Part shown: in pieces, positions 52,740-62,734 of the stretch
Layout of the letters: the number at the start of each line of letters is the position of its first letter
Numbering within the stretch: position 1 is the stretch's first letter
Source of the DNA: Akkermansiaceae bacterium
GTDB taxonomy: Bacteria > Verrucomicrobiota > Verrucomicrobiia > Verrucomicrobiales > Akkermansiaceae
Reading direction: 5' to 3'
Length of the DNA stretch: 64,000 nt
Assembly: GCA_047629805.1 (NCBI GenBank)
Contig: JBLHUR010000002.1
Coordinates: 13,201-77,200, forward strand
Notes under the pieces: generated by a model
Seen by the model: only the letters and a program-made list of their open reading frames with translations
Database searches by the model: none
What the model was told of the DNA's origin: nothing
Made by a program: the position numbers and the translations under genes

Positions 52740-54734
52740 TTGAGCTTTTTATCACAACCGATCCTTTGGGGTCTCTTCGCAGCCGCCATTCCGGTGATTA
52801 TTCACCTGCTTAACCGGCGTCGCTTTCGCACCGTCAAATGGGCCGCGACTTCTTTTCTTCTCAAAGCCTCCCGCGAATCGCGAGGGAAGAAGAAGCTCAA
52901 ACACATACTCATTCTGGCCTGCCGGGCCCTCGCCATTGCGGCCCTCATCTTCGCGGTCGCCCGCCCGCTCATGAGTGGGCTCCTCGGCTCCGGCAGCGGT
53001 TCCGTCGGCACCGTCGTCCTCGTTCTCGACCGCTCCGCCAGCATGGAAACGAAGGCTGCCAGTGGGGAGCCAAGTCACCGACAATCGGTTCTCAATAAGA
53101 TCTCCGAAGCGATCGAGAGCATGGGTTCGCCCCGCCTCGTCCTCATCGACAGCGCCTCCGGCGAGATCCAGGAAGTCCCCTCGCCCGAGGCTCTCACCGA
53201 GCTTTCCACAACCTACGCCACCGACACCCAAGCGGACATTCCCACTCTTCTCACCAAGGCCATCGACTACCTCGAAGAAACCAATCCCGGCCAGTCCGCG
53301 ATCTGGCTCGCCTCCGATCTTCAGCGCGGTGACTGGAATCCCAGTGATTCCCGCTGGGGAACGATCCGCCCCGGAATCGAATCCCTACCCACCAAAACCA
53401 ACCTCACCATCCTCACTGCGGGCGATGAAGTGGTGGAAAACTTCGCGCTCGAACTCCTGGCCTCCCGCCGTATCGAGGACGACCTTTTCCTCGACCTCAA
53501 GCTCACCCGCGCCGAAGGCGAAGGAAGCAGCACCATCCCCCTTACCTATTCTCTCAAAGGAGCCCGCTCCTCCGAGCGCGTCACCATCGTTGGGCAGGAA
53601 CTTCGTTTCCAAAAACGCATCCCGCTCACTCCCGCCGACACCCAGGGTTACGGCTGGGTCGGTCTTCCAGCCGATAACAACCCACGCGACAACAGCGTCT
53701 ATTACGCCTTCGGTGGCAAGGAGCCAATGAAGACCTGGATCGTCTCGGATGAGCCCTCCGGGGACGCTGCAGCATTCCTCAACAAGGCCGCCGCACCCCA
53801 AGGCTTCGCCCGATACAGTTGCGAAGTGGTCGCCCCGACCCAAACCACTCAAATCGATTGGTCCACGGCCTCCCTCATCATCTGGCAGGCCCCCATCCCC
53901 GTCGGTGCCGTAGCGGCCCAACTTAAAGAATTTGTCACTTCCGGCGGCTCCGCTCTTTTCTTCCCACCAAACAGCGAATCCACCGAAGCAATTTTCGGAA
54001 CGGCTTGGGGAGAACTTCAGGAGGCCCCCAATGACCAGTTTTTCATCAACGGCTCTTGGATTAAAGACGACGGCCCTTGGAAAAACGGCATGGGAAACAC
54101 CGCCATGCCCGTCGACCAGCTCCGCGCCGTGAAACGCCGTTCGATTCAGGGAGATGGTTCCTCGCTCGCCGAATGGGATGACGGTTCTCCTCTCCTCTAC
54201 CGTCAACTCGAAGGGCAAGGCACCGTCATTTTCATCAATACCTTGCCCGATGATCGCTGGTCCAATCTCGAATTCATCGCCCTTCACCTCGTCGCGGTGC
54301 AACGCCTCATCGAAAAAGGCTCCGACCGCCTCCACGCTGGATACCGCGCCACCGCCGGACTTAAAAAAGCAATGACCCGCAATGACGAAGTCCGGGAGCG
54401 GCTCGATACTTTTGAAGACTACGATCCCTCACTTGGCGGCTACCGCGCCGGGGTTTACCGACTCGGCGAACGCACCGTCGCGGTGAACCGCCCCGCCGGA
54501 GAAAATTCGCCCGACCGACTCGACGTGGAAGCTCTCGACCAACTAGACATCCCCTACACTCTCTTCGTCAATGACAACGCCAAGAGCGATCTCGTCGCCG
54601 AAGCCTGGCGCGCCTTCCTCATTGCCGTCCTCCTCTTCCTGCTCGCCGAGGCCCTTCTCTGCTTGCAACCCAAACCGACCGGACCTCCTATCAAGGTCGG
54701 CACGGTCGCCCCTAAAACTTCCTCTCCCTCGTGA
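52740..54734 (+). CDS. BatA-type N-terminal double-TM domain protein (aerotolerance-operon-like), large periplasmic or extracytoplasmic body
   Basis: It has a TTG start. The N-terminus is MSFLSQPILWGLFAAAIPVIIHLLNRRR and there is a C-terminal TM. Confidence 0.8.
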   Translation: MSFLSQPILWGLFAAAIPVIIHLLNRRRFRTVKWAATSFLLKASRESRGKKKLKHILILACRALAIAALIFAVARPLMSGLLGSGSGSVGTVVLVLDRSASMETKAASGEPSHRQSVLNKISEAIESMGSPRLVLIDSASGEIQEVPSPEALTELSTTYATDTQADIPTLLTKAIDYLEETNPGQSAIWLASDLQRGDWNPSDSRWGTIRPGIESLPTKTNLTILTAGDEVVENFALELLASRRIEDDLFLDLKLTRAEGEGSSTIPLTYSLKGARSSERVTIVGQELRFQKRIPLTPADTQGYGWVGLPADNNPRDNSVYYAFGGKEPMKTWIVSDEPSGDAAAFLNKAAAPQGFARYSCEVVAPTQTTQIDWSTASLIIWQAPIPVGAVAAQLKEFVTSGGSALFFPPNSESTEAIFGTAWGELQEAPNDQFFINGSWIKDDGPWKNGMGNTAMPVDQLRAVKRRSIQGDGSSLAEWDDGSPLLYRQLEGQGTVIFINTLPDDRWSNLEFIALHLVAVQRLIEKGSDRLHAGYRATAGLKKAMTRNDEVRERLDTFEDYDPSLGGYRAGVYRLGERTVAVNRPAGENSPDRLDVEALDQLDIPYTLFVNDNAKSDLVAEAWRAFLIAVLLFLLAEALLCLQPKPTGPPIKVGTVAPKTSSPS

Positions 54735-57007
54735 AGCATTTCAACCTCGGACCACTGCACTTTCAGGCGAGCACTCTCACGCTCATCTTCATCCTGCTCG
54801 TCCTCACCGCCACCATCACCCTCGGCGTCATGGCGGTTCGTCGCTCTGCCCGCCCAAAGCGCACCGGCATGCTGGAGGCGCTCCGCTTCACTTGCGTGGC
54901 CTTCGTCTGCGCCATGCTTCTCGGCCCCGAATGGCGCACCGTTCAAGAATCCGACCTGCAACCAGAGATCGCCATCATCTGGGATGAATCCCTCTCGATG
55001 TCCACCGAGGACGCCCGCCGCCCCGACACGATCCCCGGAACCGAGACCATCCTGAAGCGGGAGGAATTGGTAAAACGCCTCCTTAAAACCGAGTTCTGGA
55101 AAACCTTCGAAGCCGACGAACGCAACCGCGTGACCCAATCCTCCTTCGGCGCTCCTGCGGAAAATGCCGATACCTTAGAACGGGCCATGACCGGCACCAA
55201 CATCAATGAGGCTCTCGCAAACACCCTCGAAAACGGACAGAACCTCCGCGCCGCCATCTTCATCGGTGACGGCGATTGGAACCTCGGCACCTCACCCATC
55301 GCGGCCGCCCAGCAATACCGCCTCAAAGGAGTCCCGCTTTATACCCTCGCCACCGGTTCCGACAAACGCGTTCCCGATCTCGAACTCGCCGCCGTCAATG
55401 CTCCCACCTATGGCATCGTCGGTGAGAATGTCCAAATTCCCTTCACCATCGAGTCCTCCCTCGGACGAGATGTCCGCACCCAGATCCGCATTCGCAGTGA
55501 CAGCGGGAAAGAGCGCTATAAAGAAATCACCCTCCGCGCCAACAGCACCCACTACGATTCCCTCCTCTGGCGTATTGAAAAAAAAGGCGTATCGAAGCTC
55601 AGCATTTCCATCCCCGTCACGAACGGCGAACTGATCCAGAGTAACAATTCCAAGGACTTCGTCATGAGCGGGAAACCCGAATCGATTCGCGTCCTCGTCA
55701 TCGAGACCCTCCCGCGTTGGGAATATCGCTTCATCCGTAATGCCCTCTCACGCGACCCTGGAGTCGAGGTCGATTGCCTCCTCCTCCACCCCGACCTCGG
55801 CAAGGGCGACGGGCCGGACTACATTCAAGCGTTCCCCGAAAAACTCGAAGACCTCCAAAAATATGACGTCGTCTTCGTTGGTGACGTCGGGGTGGGCGAA
55901 GGTCAGCTCACGCCTGAGCAAGCCGATTTGATTCAGGGCTTGGTCAAAAATCAGGCCAGTGGAGTCGTCTTCATCCCCGGCTCACAGGGCAACCAATTTT
56001 CCCTCGATTATCATGCCGCCGACGCCAAGAACGAGGATGGCAGCCCGAAATTTGACCTCGCTGACCTCATCCCCGTCGAGCTCGATTCTGATAAAAAAGC
56101 GGGTCTACCCGAATCGGTCGAAACGCCCATGCGCCTTACGCCCGAAGGTGAGAAGTCTCTCCTCACGATGCTCGGAGATGACGAGAACCAGAATCAAATG
56201 ATCTGGCGTGGCCTCCCCGGCTTCTACTGGCAGGCCCCCGTCATCAAAGCCAAACCCGGTTCTACCATTCTCGCCGTCAATGAAGCCCGCCGCAACACCT
56301 CGGGCCGCCTTCCCATCCTTGTCACTTCGACAGCAGGATCCGGCAAAGTCCTCTACATGGCCATCGACTCCGCCTGGCGCTGGCGTCGTGGGGTGGAGGA
56401 TCTTTACCACTACCGCTTCTGGGGCCAAGTTGCCCGCTGGATGTCCTATCAACGGAACATGGCTGCCGGAGAACGCGTGCGCCTTTTCTACACCCCCGAG
56501 CGTCCCAAGCCCGGCGAATTTGTGTCACTCGCTGCCAATGCCTTCGATGCCAACGGTGCCCCGCTTTCCGAGGGAGTCTTGCAAGTCGAACTCACTGCGC
56601 CCAATGGAGAACTCACCCAGATCGAGCTTGCCAAAGAAGCTGGAGCCTGGGGCCGCTTCGCGGGACGTTTCAGAGTGTCGCAACCCGGCGAGTGGAAACT
56701 CAAAGCCTTCATCCCGAACGAGCCTGCGGCCTTCATCGAAGCCAAGATCATTTCCCAAACTGATGCCATCGAGAAAACCGGGCGCCCCGCTCGCTTCGAA
56801 GTCCTCGAGGAAATGGCCAAGGTCTCACGCGGCCGCCTCGTGACCCCGGAAAAACTCGACGCCCTCGTCAAGGAAATCAACGCCCTCCCCGAACCCCAAC
56901 CGCTCGTCGACTCTGTTAAACTCTGGGCCCACTGGATCGCCCCTGCCATCCTCATCACCCTCCTCGCCTGCTTCTGGATTGGACGGAAGTTCAACGGCAC
57001 GTTTTAG
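54731..57007 (+). CDS. large membrane protein of the MoxR/Bat-like operon (vWA-like and amidotransferase-like regions), hypothetical
   Basis: Its GTG start overlaps the previous stop (GTGA). It has N-terminal and C-terminal TM segments. Internal segments include AIFIGDGDWN and VLVIETLPRWEYRFIRNAL. Confidence 0.75.
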   Translation: MKHFNLGPLHFQASTLTLIFILLVLTATITLGVMAVRRSARPKRTGMLEALRFTCVAFVCAMLLGPEWRTVQESDLQPEIAIIWDESLSMSTEDARRPDTIPGTETILKREELVKRLLKTEFWKTFEADERNRVTQSSFGAPAENADTLERAMTGTNINEALANTLENGQNLRAAIFIGDGDWNLGTSPIAAAQQYRLKGVPLYTLATGSDKRVPDLELAAVNAPTYGIVGENVQIPFTIESSLGRDVRTQIRIRSDSGKERYKEITLRANSTHYDSLLWRIEKKGVSKLSISIPVTNGELIQSNNSKDFVMSGKPESIRVLVIETLPRWEYRFIRNALSRDPGVEVDCLLLHPDLGKGDGPDYIQAFPEKLEDLQKYDVVFVGDVGVGEGQLTPEQADLIQGLVKNQASGVVFIPGSQGNQFSLDYHAADAKNEDGSPKFDLADLIPVELDSDKKAGLPESVETPMRLTPEGEKSLLTMLGDDENQNQMIWRGLPGFYWQAPVIKAKPGSTILAVNEARRNTSGRLPILVTSTAGSGKVLYMAIDSAWRWRRGVEDLYHYRFWGQVARWMSYQRNMAAGERVRLFYTPERPKPGEFVSLAANAFDANGAPLSEGVLQVELTAPNGELTQIELAKEAGAWGRFAGRFRVSQPGEWKLKAFIPNEPAAFIEAKIISQTDAIEKTGRPARFEVLEEMAKVSRGRLVTPEKLDALVKEINALPEPQPLVDSVKLWAHWIAPAILITLLACFWIGRKFNGTF

Positions 57008-57120
57008 AGAAACGCCGTGGGCATTGATTGCGGATGGTTTTGAGGAGATGTGTGAGTGTGCAACTGGTGCTTGCTGCCACTTCATAAGCTTGGCGACAAA
57101 ACGGATACCTCTCCCTCGGC

Positions 57121-57282
57121 TACCAAATCCCCCCAACCAAGTTCTGCTTCCTCTGCTTTTTCGGTGGTCAATTCTCAACCCCGTTCCGACCATCAGAATT
57201 CCCTTTGCTCACTTGAAAAAGAGACGGGGAATTCTACACAGATTAAAGAAAGATTGGGGCCGGATTTACACAGATTTCTTCC
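57121..57282. repeat. composite intergenic repeat (AAATCCCCCCAACCAAG / CTTTTTCGGTGGTC module and two ACACAGATT modules) in a convergent gene gap
   Basis: Segment 57121-57170 resembles 35431-35480 and 29795-29852. ACACAGATT occurs at 57236-57244 and 57268-57276, and the first resembles 35391-35399. Confidence 0.7.
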
Positions 57283-57303
57283 AAGCGGTGGCGGAGCCTT
57301 CGA

Positions 57304-58641
57304 TTAGAAACTCTGCTTATTCTCGAGGACCTTCTCACCTTCGCTCTTCGCAATCACGAGGGCGCAGCAGCTATCTCCGAAGACGTTGACGGCAGTACGA
57401 CTCATGTCGAGGAGACGGTCAACTGCAAGGAGCGCAATGACGGCCGTCTCGGCTCCGGGAATATTGGAGCTGGTGAGAATGATCATGATCGCCACAAGCG
57501 AAGCCGAGGGAATTCCGGCCACCCCCACACTCGTCAGAAGAGCACTGATCACGACCATAAACTGTGCCGCCAGCGGCAGATCGAAGCCCATGACCTGGGC
57601 CACGAAAATCACCGCCACACATTCGTAAAGCGCAGTCCCATCCATGTTCACTGTCGCCCCAAGTGGCAGGGTGAAGCTTGAAGTCGATTTAGAAACACCC
57701 GCGTTCTCTTGAATGCAGCGCATCGTCACCGGAAGAGTGGCTGATGAGGATGCGGTCGAAAAGGCCGTAAGCAAAGCAGTTCGCATTGCCTTAAAATGAT
57801 CGAGCGGATTCACCCCTGCTAAAACACGAATCACGATAGGCATGACGACAAACATATGGATTCCGAGAGCGAGCAAGACCGTCACGAAGTAACTCGCCAA
57901 GCTTTTGAAGAGTCCCCCACCCGTCTCATAAACCACTGGAAGAATGAGCGCGTAAACACCAATCGGAGCAAGAGCCATGATGGCCTGAGTCAGCTTAATC
58001 ATGACATCATTGAGCGAGACAAAGAGGTCTCGAAGCGGGGTGACTTGCGGAAGCGAAAGCCGCGTCATCGTAATCGCGAAGAGCAGGCTGAAGAAAATGA
58101 GCCCCAGCATTTGGCCATTGTTGGCGGCTGCCGAAACCACATTGGTGGGAACCATGCGGATGAAAAATCCTGAGAGTTGATCAAAGAACCCTGCTTGCTC
58201 CGTCCCGGTCACTTTGGCACCAGCGACCTTGGCCTTTTCGGCCTCAGTCGGTTCGTGACTATCGAAGGCCGCGCGGATGTCCTCATTGGGAGCGCCATCG
58301 ACGAGGCCTGGTTGAATGACATTGACGAGAACGAGGCCGAGGCAAATCGCAAGCAAACTGGTAAGCGCATAAAAACCAGCCGTTTTAGTCAAGAGACGCC
58401 CAAATCCCTTCACGCCATGAAGGCTCGTAATCCCGGCGATGACCGAAGAGACCACGAGCGGGACGATGATCATCTTGAGCAGATTCAGGAACAACTCGCC
58501 GACCACTTCACAAGTCGCAACGGCTCCGTTGACAAAGTCCGTCGTGGCACCGGGCTCTTTTCCAAAGCTTCTAAAAAGGAGCCCCATTGCGGTGGCGAGT
58601 GCCAAAGAAAGGAGAATTTGCCAATGTGGTTTGATTTTCAC
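57304..58641 (-). CDS. dicarboxylate/amino acid:cation symporter (DAACS family)
   Basis: It is polytopic, with the motifs TASSSATLPVTM and NMDGTALYE. Confidence 0.9.
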   Translation of the reverse strand: MKIKPHWQILLSLALATAMGLLFRSFGKEPGATTDFVNGAVATCEVVGELFLNLLKMIIVPLVVSSVIAGITSLHGVKGFGRLLTKTAGFYALTSLLAICLGLVLVNVIQPGLVDGAPNEDIRAAFDSHEPTEAEKAKVAGAKVTGTEQAGFFDQLSGFFIRMVPTNVVSAAANNGQMLGLIFFSLLFAITMTRLSLPQVTPLRDLFVSLNDVMIKLTQAIMALAPIGVYALILPVVYETGGGLFKSLASYFVTVLLALGIHMFVVMPIVIRVLAGVNPLDHFKAMRTALLTAFSTASSSATLPVTMRCIQENAGVSKSTSSFTLPLGATVNMDGTALYECVAVIFVAQVMGFDLPLAAQFMVVISALLTSVGVAGIPSASLVAIMIILTSSNIPGAETAVIALLAVDRLLDMSRTAVNVFGDSCCALVIAKSEGEKVLENKQSF

Positions 58642-58728
58642 GACGTCAAGGTATCAGGTGCCGAAACTTGTCCAATCCAGAAAACCACCTTGTGAGTAAC
58701 TTTCACATGCTCGATATTTTAGATTGCC

Positions 58729-60153
58729 GTGTTTGCTTCTCTTGACGATCAAGCTAGGGTCTGTCTCTTGCAATCCTCCCCTCTTCTTCGTCGATTCTTT
58801 CCAGCCATTCTTCTGACCGTTTGCGGCTTGGGTTTGGCGACCTTTCTGGCACCCCGGGAAGTGAGAGAAGTCCAGGATCATTTGACTGGGTTTCCCGACT
58901 CAGATGCCACCGCTCATTTGCTCCGCCCGACGGTGCTCAGCGCCTTATGTCTCATTCCCGCTTTGGCTGCTCTTTATTACGGGATGGTGCGGGCCTTGGA
59001 CCGCTACCTCATCCGCCAATTCCTCGGAGCTTTCCTTCTTTGCTTCACCGCTCTCTATGCGATCTGGTTCATTTCTGATCTCACGAACCACCTCTCCAAT
59101 TTTCGCGATAGCGGTGACACCTTTGGATTTATGGGGAGATATTATCTCGCGGCCTTCCCCCGATTTTTTGTGGAATACGCGCCCTACGGTTTGTTACTGG
59201 GGATGCTTTACTCCCTCGGCAAACTTTCACGCGGACAAGAGATTGTCTCCATGATCCAAACCGGACGTGGAGTGTGTCGACTGATCCTCCCCTTGGTGGT
59301 GATGGGCGGAATGATGAGCTTGGTCTGCTTGGGATTTAATTATCGATGGGCCCCAGCGGCGGCAGGTTATCAAGAAGCCCTGCTGGAGCAAGCGAAGGAC
59401 GGCTCCTTGAGCAAGGCTCGCAACGTGGTTTACCTCGCCAAAGAGAACCGCAAGAAACGGCTCTGGTTGGTAGGCAGCTTTCCCTACGACTACCACCGGG
59501 GAGAGCCTTTGAAGAATGTCATCGTCCGTTCATTTTCGCCCGATGGAAAACCAAAGTGGCGGCTTGACGCGAAGGAAGCGCAGTGGGATCGGGAGACCAA
59601 CAATTGGACTTTTTATGGGGCCGAGCGGTGGGATTTAACTCATCGCCCGGTGGGACCGGAAGGACCGATGTCTCCGAAGTTTGAGCGAAATCTCCCCGAT
59701 CCCTTCGTGATGAAACGCTGGTCGGAAACGCCCTGGCAGTTGATCAAGCCAGGCCTTCGCGCGGAGCAACTCGGCATCCCCGGACTCTATAGTTGGTTGT
59801 TACAAAACCGAACTTCGGAGTGGGGCAACAAGCGACGCTTTCTCACGCAATGGCACTATCGCTGGGCCCAGCCGGGGATTTGTTTGTCGATCGTTATGCT
59901 GGCCGCTCCGCTGGGAATCGTTTTCAGCCGCAGAGGTACGGCGGGAGGAATTGCGCTGGCAGTCTTCTTGTGCATCGGGATGCTTTTTTCATCGACCGTC
60001 TTTTTGGCGCTTGGTGAGTCAGGCTACCTCCCACCCGTTTGGGCCGCTTGGGGAACCAACGTGCTTGCCACAGCGGTTGCTTTGGTTCTGATTCAACGCC
60101 GTCTGGTAGGACGACCGATTTACCAGACCTTGAGAAAACTTTTCCCTTCCTGA
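58729..60153 (+). CDS. LptF/LptG-family permease (YjgP/YjgQ)
   Basis: It contains LDRYLIRQFLGAFLLCFTALYAIWFISDL, plus a periplasmic beta-jellyroll region and C-terminal TMs. The GTG at 58729 gives an 85-aa extension. An alternative start is ATG 58984 (MVRALDRYL). Confidence 0.82.
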   Translation: MFASLDDQARVCLLQSSPLLRRFFPAILLTVCGLGLATFLAPREVREVQDHLTGFPDSDATAHLLRPTVLSALCLIPALAALYYGMVRALDRYLIRQFLGAFLLCFTALYAIWFISDLTNHLSNFRDSGDTFGFMGRYYLAAFPRFFVEYAPYGLLLGMLYSLGKLSRGQEIVSMIQTGRGVCRLILPLVVMGGMMSLVCLGFNYRWAPAAAGYQEALLEQAKDGSLSKARNVVYLAKENRKKRLWLVGSFPYDYHRGEPLKNVIVRSFSPDGKPKWRLDAKEAQWDRETNNWTFYGAERWDLTHRPVGPEGPMSPKFERNLPDPFVMKRWSETPWQLIKPGLRAEQLGIPGLYSWLLQNRTSEWGNKRRFLTQWHYRWAQPGICLSIVMLAAPLGIVFSRRGTAGGIALAVFLCIGMLFSSTVFLALGESGYLPPVWAAWGTNVLATAVALVLIQRRLVGRPIYQTLRKLFPS

Positions 60154-60163
60154 TTTCCCACCC

Positions 60164-60778
60164 ATGAAAGAACCTTGGAGCATCAAATCCCGCGCCCGCG
60201 TGTGCGCCGCCACCGAGGTCGCCTTCGTGTCCGGCCAAAAAGTCCGCGCCGCTATTTTTCCCGACCCCGATTCGTCGGGCTACCTTCGGAAGGATTTCAC
60301 GCTGGATGCCTGGGCCGCACGTGAGGAGGAAGAGCTTCCTTTTTCGACCTGGATCACCACTTTTGAGCCTCCCGTTTTGGAAGGAAAACCAGAGGATGTC
60401 GTCGACCAAGATCCCGAGTCCCTCCTCCGCAAGATGGTAGCAGACGATGAGGAGCATACCGAAAATGCGCGCTACATTTTGGCGGTGATGTTGGAGCGGA
60501 AGAAGCTCCTGCGCGAGACCGATACCCAGGAAGTTCCTTCGGGGATTTTGCGAGTTTACGAACATCGCAAGACAGGCGACGTCTTTCTTATAAAAGATCC
60601 TCAAATCCCTCTCTCGGATGTCGACCGAGTGCAGGAGGAAGTGAGGGCACTCCTCGATCCCGAGCCTATTCCAGAACTCGAACCAGAGGTTGAGGAAGCG
60701 GAAGCGGAAGAATCAGCCAAGCCAGTGGAGAACGAATCGGAGGAAACTCCACAAGAAACGACAGAAGAGGAGGAGTGA
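60164..60778 (+). CDS. hypothetical protein with strongly acidic C-terminal tail
   Basis: It is 204 aa with the tail EPEVEEAEAEESAKPVENESEETPQETTEEEE. It overlaps the dus start by 4 nt (GTGA). Confidence 0.65.
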   Translation: MKEPWSIKSRARVCAATEVAFVSGQKVRAAIFPDPDSSGYLRKDFTLDAWAAREEEELPFSTWITTFEPPVLEGKPEDVVDQDPESLLRKMVADDEEHTENARYILAVMLERKKLLRETDTQEVPSGILRVYEHRKTGDVFLIKDPQIPLSDVDRVQEEVRALLDPEPIPELEPEVEEAEAEESAKPVENESEETPQETTEEEE

Positions 60779-61770
60779 TGTTACCTTGGTTCCAAAATCG
60801 CTTTCCGATCTATCTAGCCCCGATGGCGGGCGTGACAGATGTGACCTTCCGAACTCTTTGCAAAGAGCTCGGAGCCGATGTCATGGTCACCGAGTTCGTC
60901 TCGGCAGAAGGCATCATGCAGGCCGATCACCGCACGCGAAAGTACACCACCTTTACCGATGAGCAGCGTCCGGTGGGCGTGCAACTCTTTGGAGCCGATG
61001 GCGACCGCATGGGCGAGGCTGCCAAGAAGATCATCGATTGGAAGCAGCCCGATTTTATCGATCTCAATTTCGGCTGCCCGGTCAATAAGGTGGTTTCGAA
61101 AAACGGAGGCTCTTCACTTCTAAAAAACTGCCCTCTGCTCACCGAAACGGCGTCGAAGATTGTCAAAGCAGTCGGCGACCAAGTCCCGGTGACTGGAAAA
61201 ATTCGCATCGGTTGGGATCAGCAAACGGTGAATGCCCCTCACGTGTGTCACCTCTTAGAAGACTGCGGAATCCAAGCAGTGGCCATTCACGGGCGGACCC
61301 GCTCGCAAGGGTATCGAGGAGAGGCCGACTGGGAGATCATCGATGAAAGCGCACAGTCCGTGAAAATCCCCGTCATCGGAAACGGTGACATTGATTCGGC
61401 TCAAGTTTTGAAGCATCGAAAAGAAACGACCGCAGTTTCCGGAGTGATGATCGGACGGGCCGCGATGCAAAATCCGTGGATTTTTTCGGAAACAAAGACC
61501 TTCCTCGAAACCGGAGAACTTCCCCCCCGCCCCACCATCACGGAACGATGGCGTTTTGTCATTCGGCATTGCCGACTTGCGGTGGAGTCTGACCGATATG
61601 GCGAAGAGAAGCACACCTTGATGGCGATGCGGTCGCGTTTGATGACTTATTGCAAGGGCTTCCCCGGCGCGAAGCCCCTGCGCCAGCAGCTTTCGCAAGT
61701 GACCTCGATCGCCGACGTCGAAGAGATTGCCGAACGGAGTCAGACTTTGCGCGAGGAAGAAGCTGGCTAG
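60775..61770 (+). CDS. dus: tRNA-dihydrouridine synthase
   Basis: It contains LAPMAGVTDVTFRTLCKELGADVMVTEFVSAEG, DLNFGCPVNKV and AIHGRTR. Confidence 0.9.
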   Translation: MMLPWFQNRFPIYLAPMAGVTDVTFRTLCKELGADVMVTEFVSAEGIMQADHRTRKYTTFTDEQRPVGVQLFGADGDRMGEAAKKIIDWKQPDFIDLNFGCPVNKVVSKNGGSSLLKNCPLLTETASKIVKAVGDQVPVTGKIRIGWDQQTVNAPHVCHLLEDCGIQAVAIHGRTRSQGYRGEADWEIIDESAQSVKIPVIGNGDIDSAQVLKHRKETTAVSGVMIGRAAMQNPWIFSETKTFLETGELPPRPTITERWRFVIRHCRLAVESDRYGEEKHTLMAMRSRLMTYCKGFPGAKPLRQQLSQVTSIADVEEIAERSQTLREEEAG

Positions 61771-61841
61771 AATTAGTTAGAAATTTTTTAAAATAAAGAT
61801 GATTGAACTAAATTCGATTTAGAATTAAGGTCTCTCTCATC

Positions 61842-62693
61842 ATGAAAGTGCCTCCGTTTGCCCTGATCCTTTTAACCTCGCTGACCCCGGTTTTTGGAGC
61901 CTCGGTGACCAACCGTCTCGATCGCTTGGAGAACCAGGTTTCAGAAATTCAGCTGCTTCTCAATCAGCTGAACAAACGGACCTTGCAGCAGCGCGAGGCT
62001 CTCCATACCCAGTCGACCATGGGGAGCAGACACTATCTTGTTCGCTCCGGTGACTCATATTGGTCGATTGCTCGCAGCCACAACGTCTCTGTTGCATCCT
62101 TGGAGTATGCCAACCCGGGGATCAATCCGCTCCGCCTCAGAATTGGCAAGGCCATCAATATTCCGGGATCTACGGCAAGAGTCACGCATTCAAACAACGC
62201 GGCCCAAACCGGCACCGGAACTTATCGGGTAAAAAAAGGGGACATCTTGGGAAGAATCTCCGAGGCCCACGGCATTCGGCTGCATCAGCTCCTGAGCGCA
62301 AATCCTGGCCTCAATCCAAAACGCCTAAAGGTGGGCGCAGTCCTCACCATTCCCGGGCAGCCCAGAAATGAAGTCATTCCACCTCTTCCCCGTAAGGAGA
62401 GAAGAGAGGCAACACCACCTGCCCCACGAAGCGAATCGGTAAAGGCCGTTGAAACAAGGAGGAACCCCTACGGCTCCCAGAAGACTCCGCAAATCCAGCG
62501 AGTCTCCCGCGACCTCTCCGGGATGGCACCGGAAAAGCAAAGGTTAGTTTCGGTATCGCGCGACAGTCGCCTCAGCGAGATTGCCCGGCTCCACAACACG
62601 ACGGTTGCTGAGATTAACCACTTGAATGATGTCGAATTGAGCCCTGATCAAATGATCCGAAGTGGCTCGCAATTGTATGTGCCGGCCCGTTAG
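61842..62693 (+). CDS. secreted protein with three LysM domains
   Basis: It has a signal peptide. The three LysM units are YLVRSGDSYWSIARSHNVSVASLEYAN, YRVKKGDILGRISEAHGIRLHQLLSAN and a C-terminal unit. Confidence 0.85.
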   Translation: MKVPPFALILLTSLTPVFGASVTNRLDRLENQVSEIQLLLNQLNKRTLQQREALHTQSTMGSRHYLVRSGDSYWSIARSHNVSVASLEYANPGINPLRLRIGKAINIPGSTARVTHSNNAAQTGTGTYRVKKGDILGRISEAHGIRLHQLLSANPGLNPKRLKVGAVLTIPGQPRNEVIPPLPRKERREATPPAPRSESVKAVETRRNPYGSQKTPQIQRVSRDLSGMAPEKQRLVSVSRDSRLSEIARLHNTTVAEINHLNDVELSPDQMIRSGSQLYVPAR

Positions 62694-62734
62694 ACTTCTT
62701 GCACTCTCTCAGAGGTCTCCCTAGTATTTTGTTA

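Noticed and set aside
61771-61841. An AT-rich gap with a TAGAATTA direct repeat upstream of the LysM gene as a specific regulatory element.
   Set aside because: It is probably just an AT-rich promoter/UP region. An 8-nt repeat occurring twice in 70 nt of AT-rich DNA is not significant.
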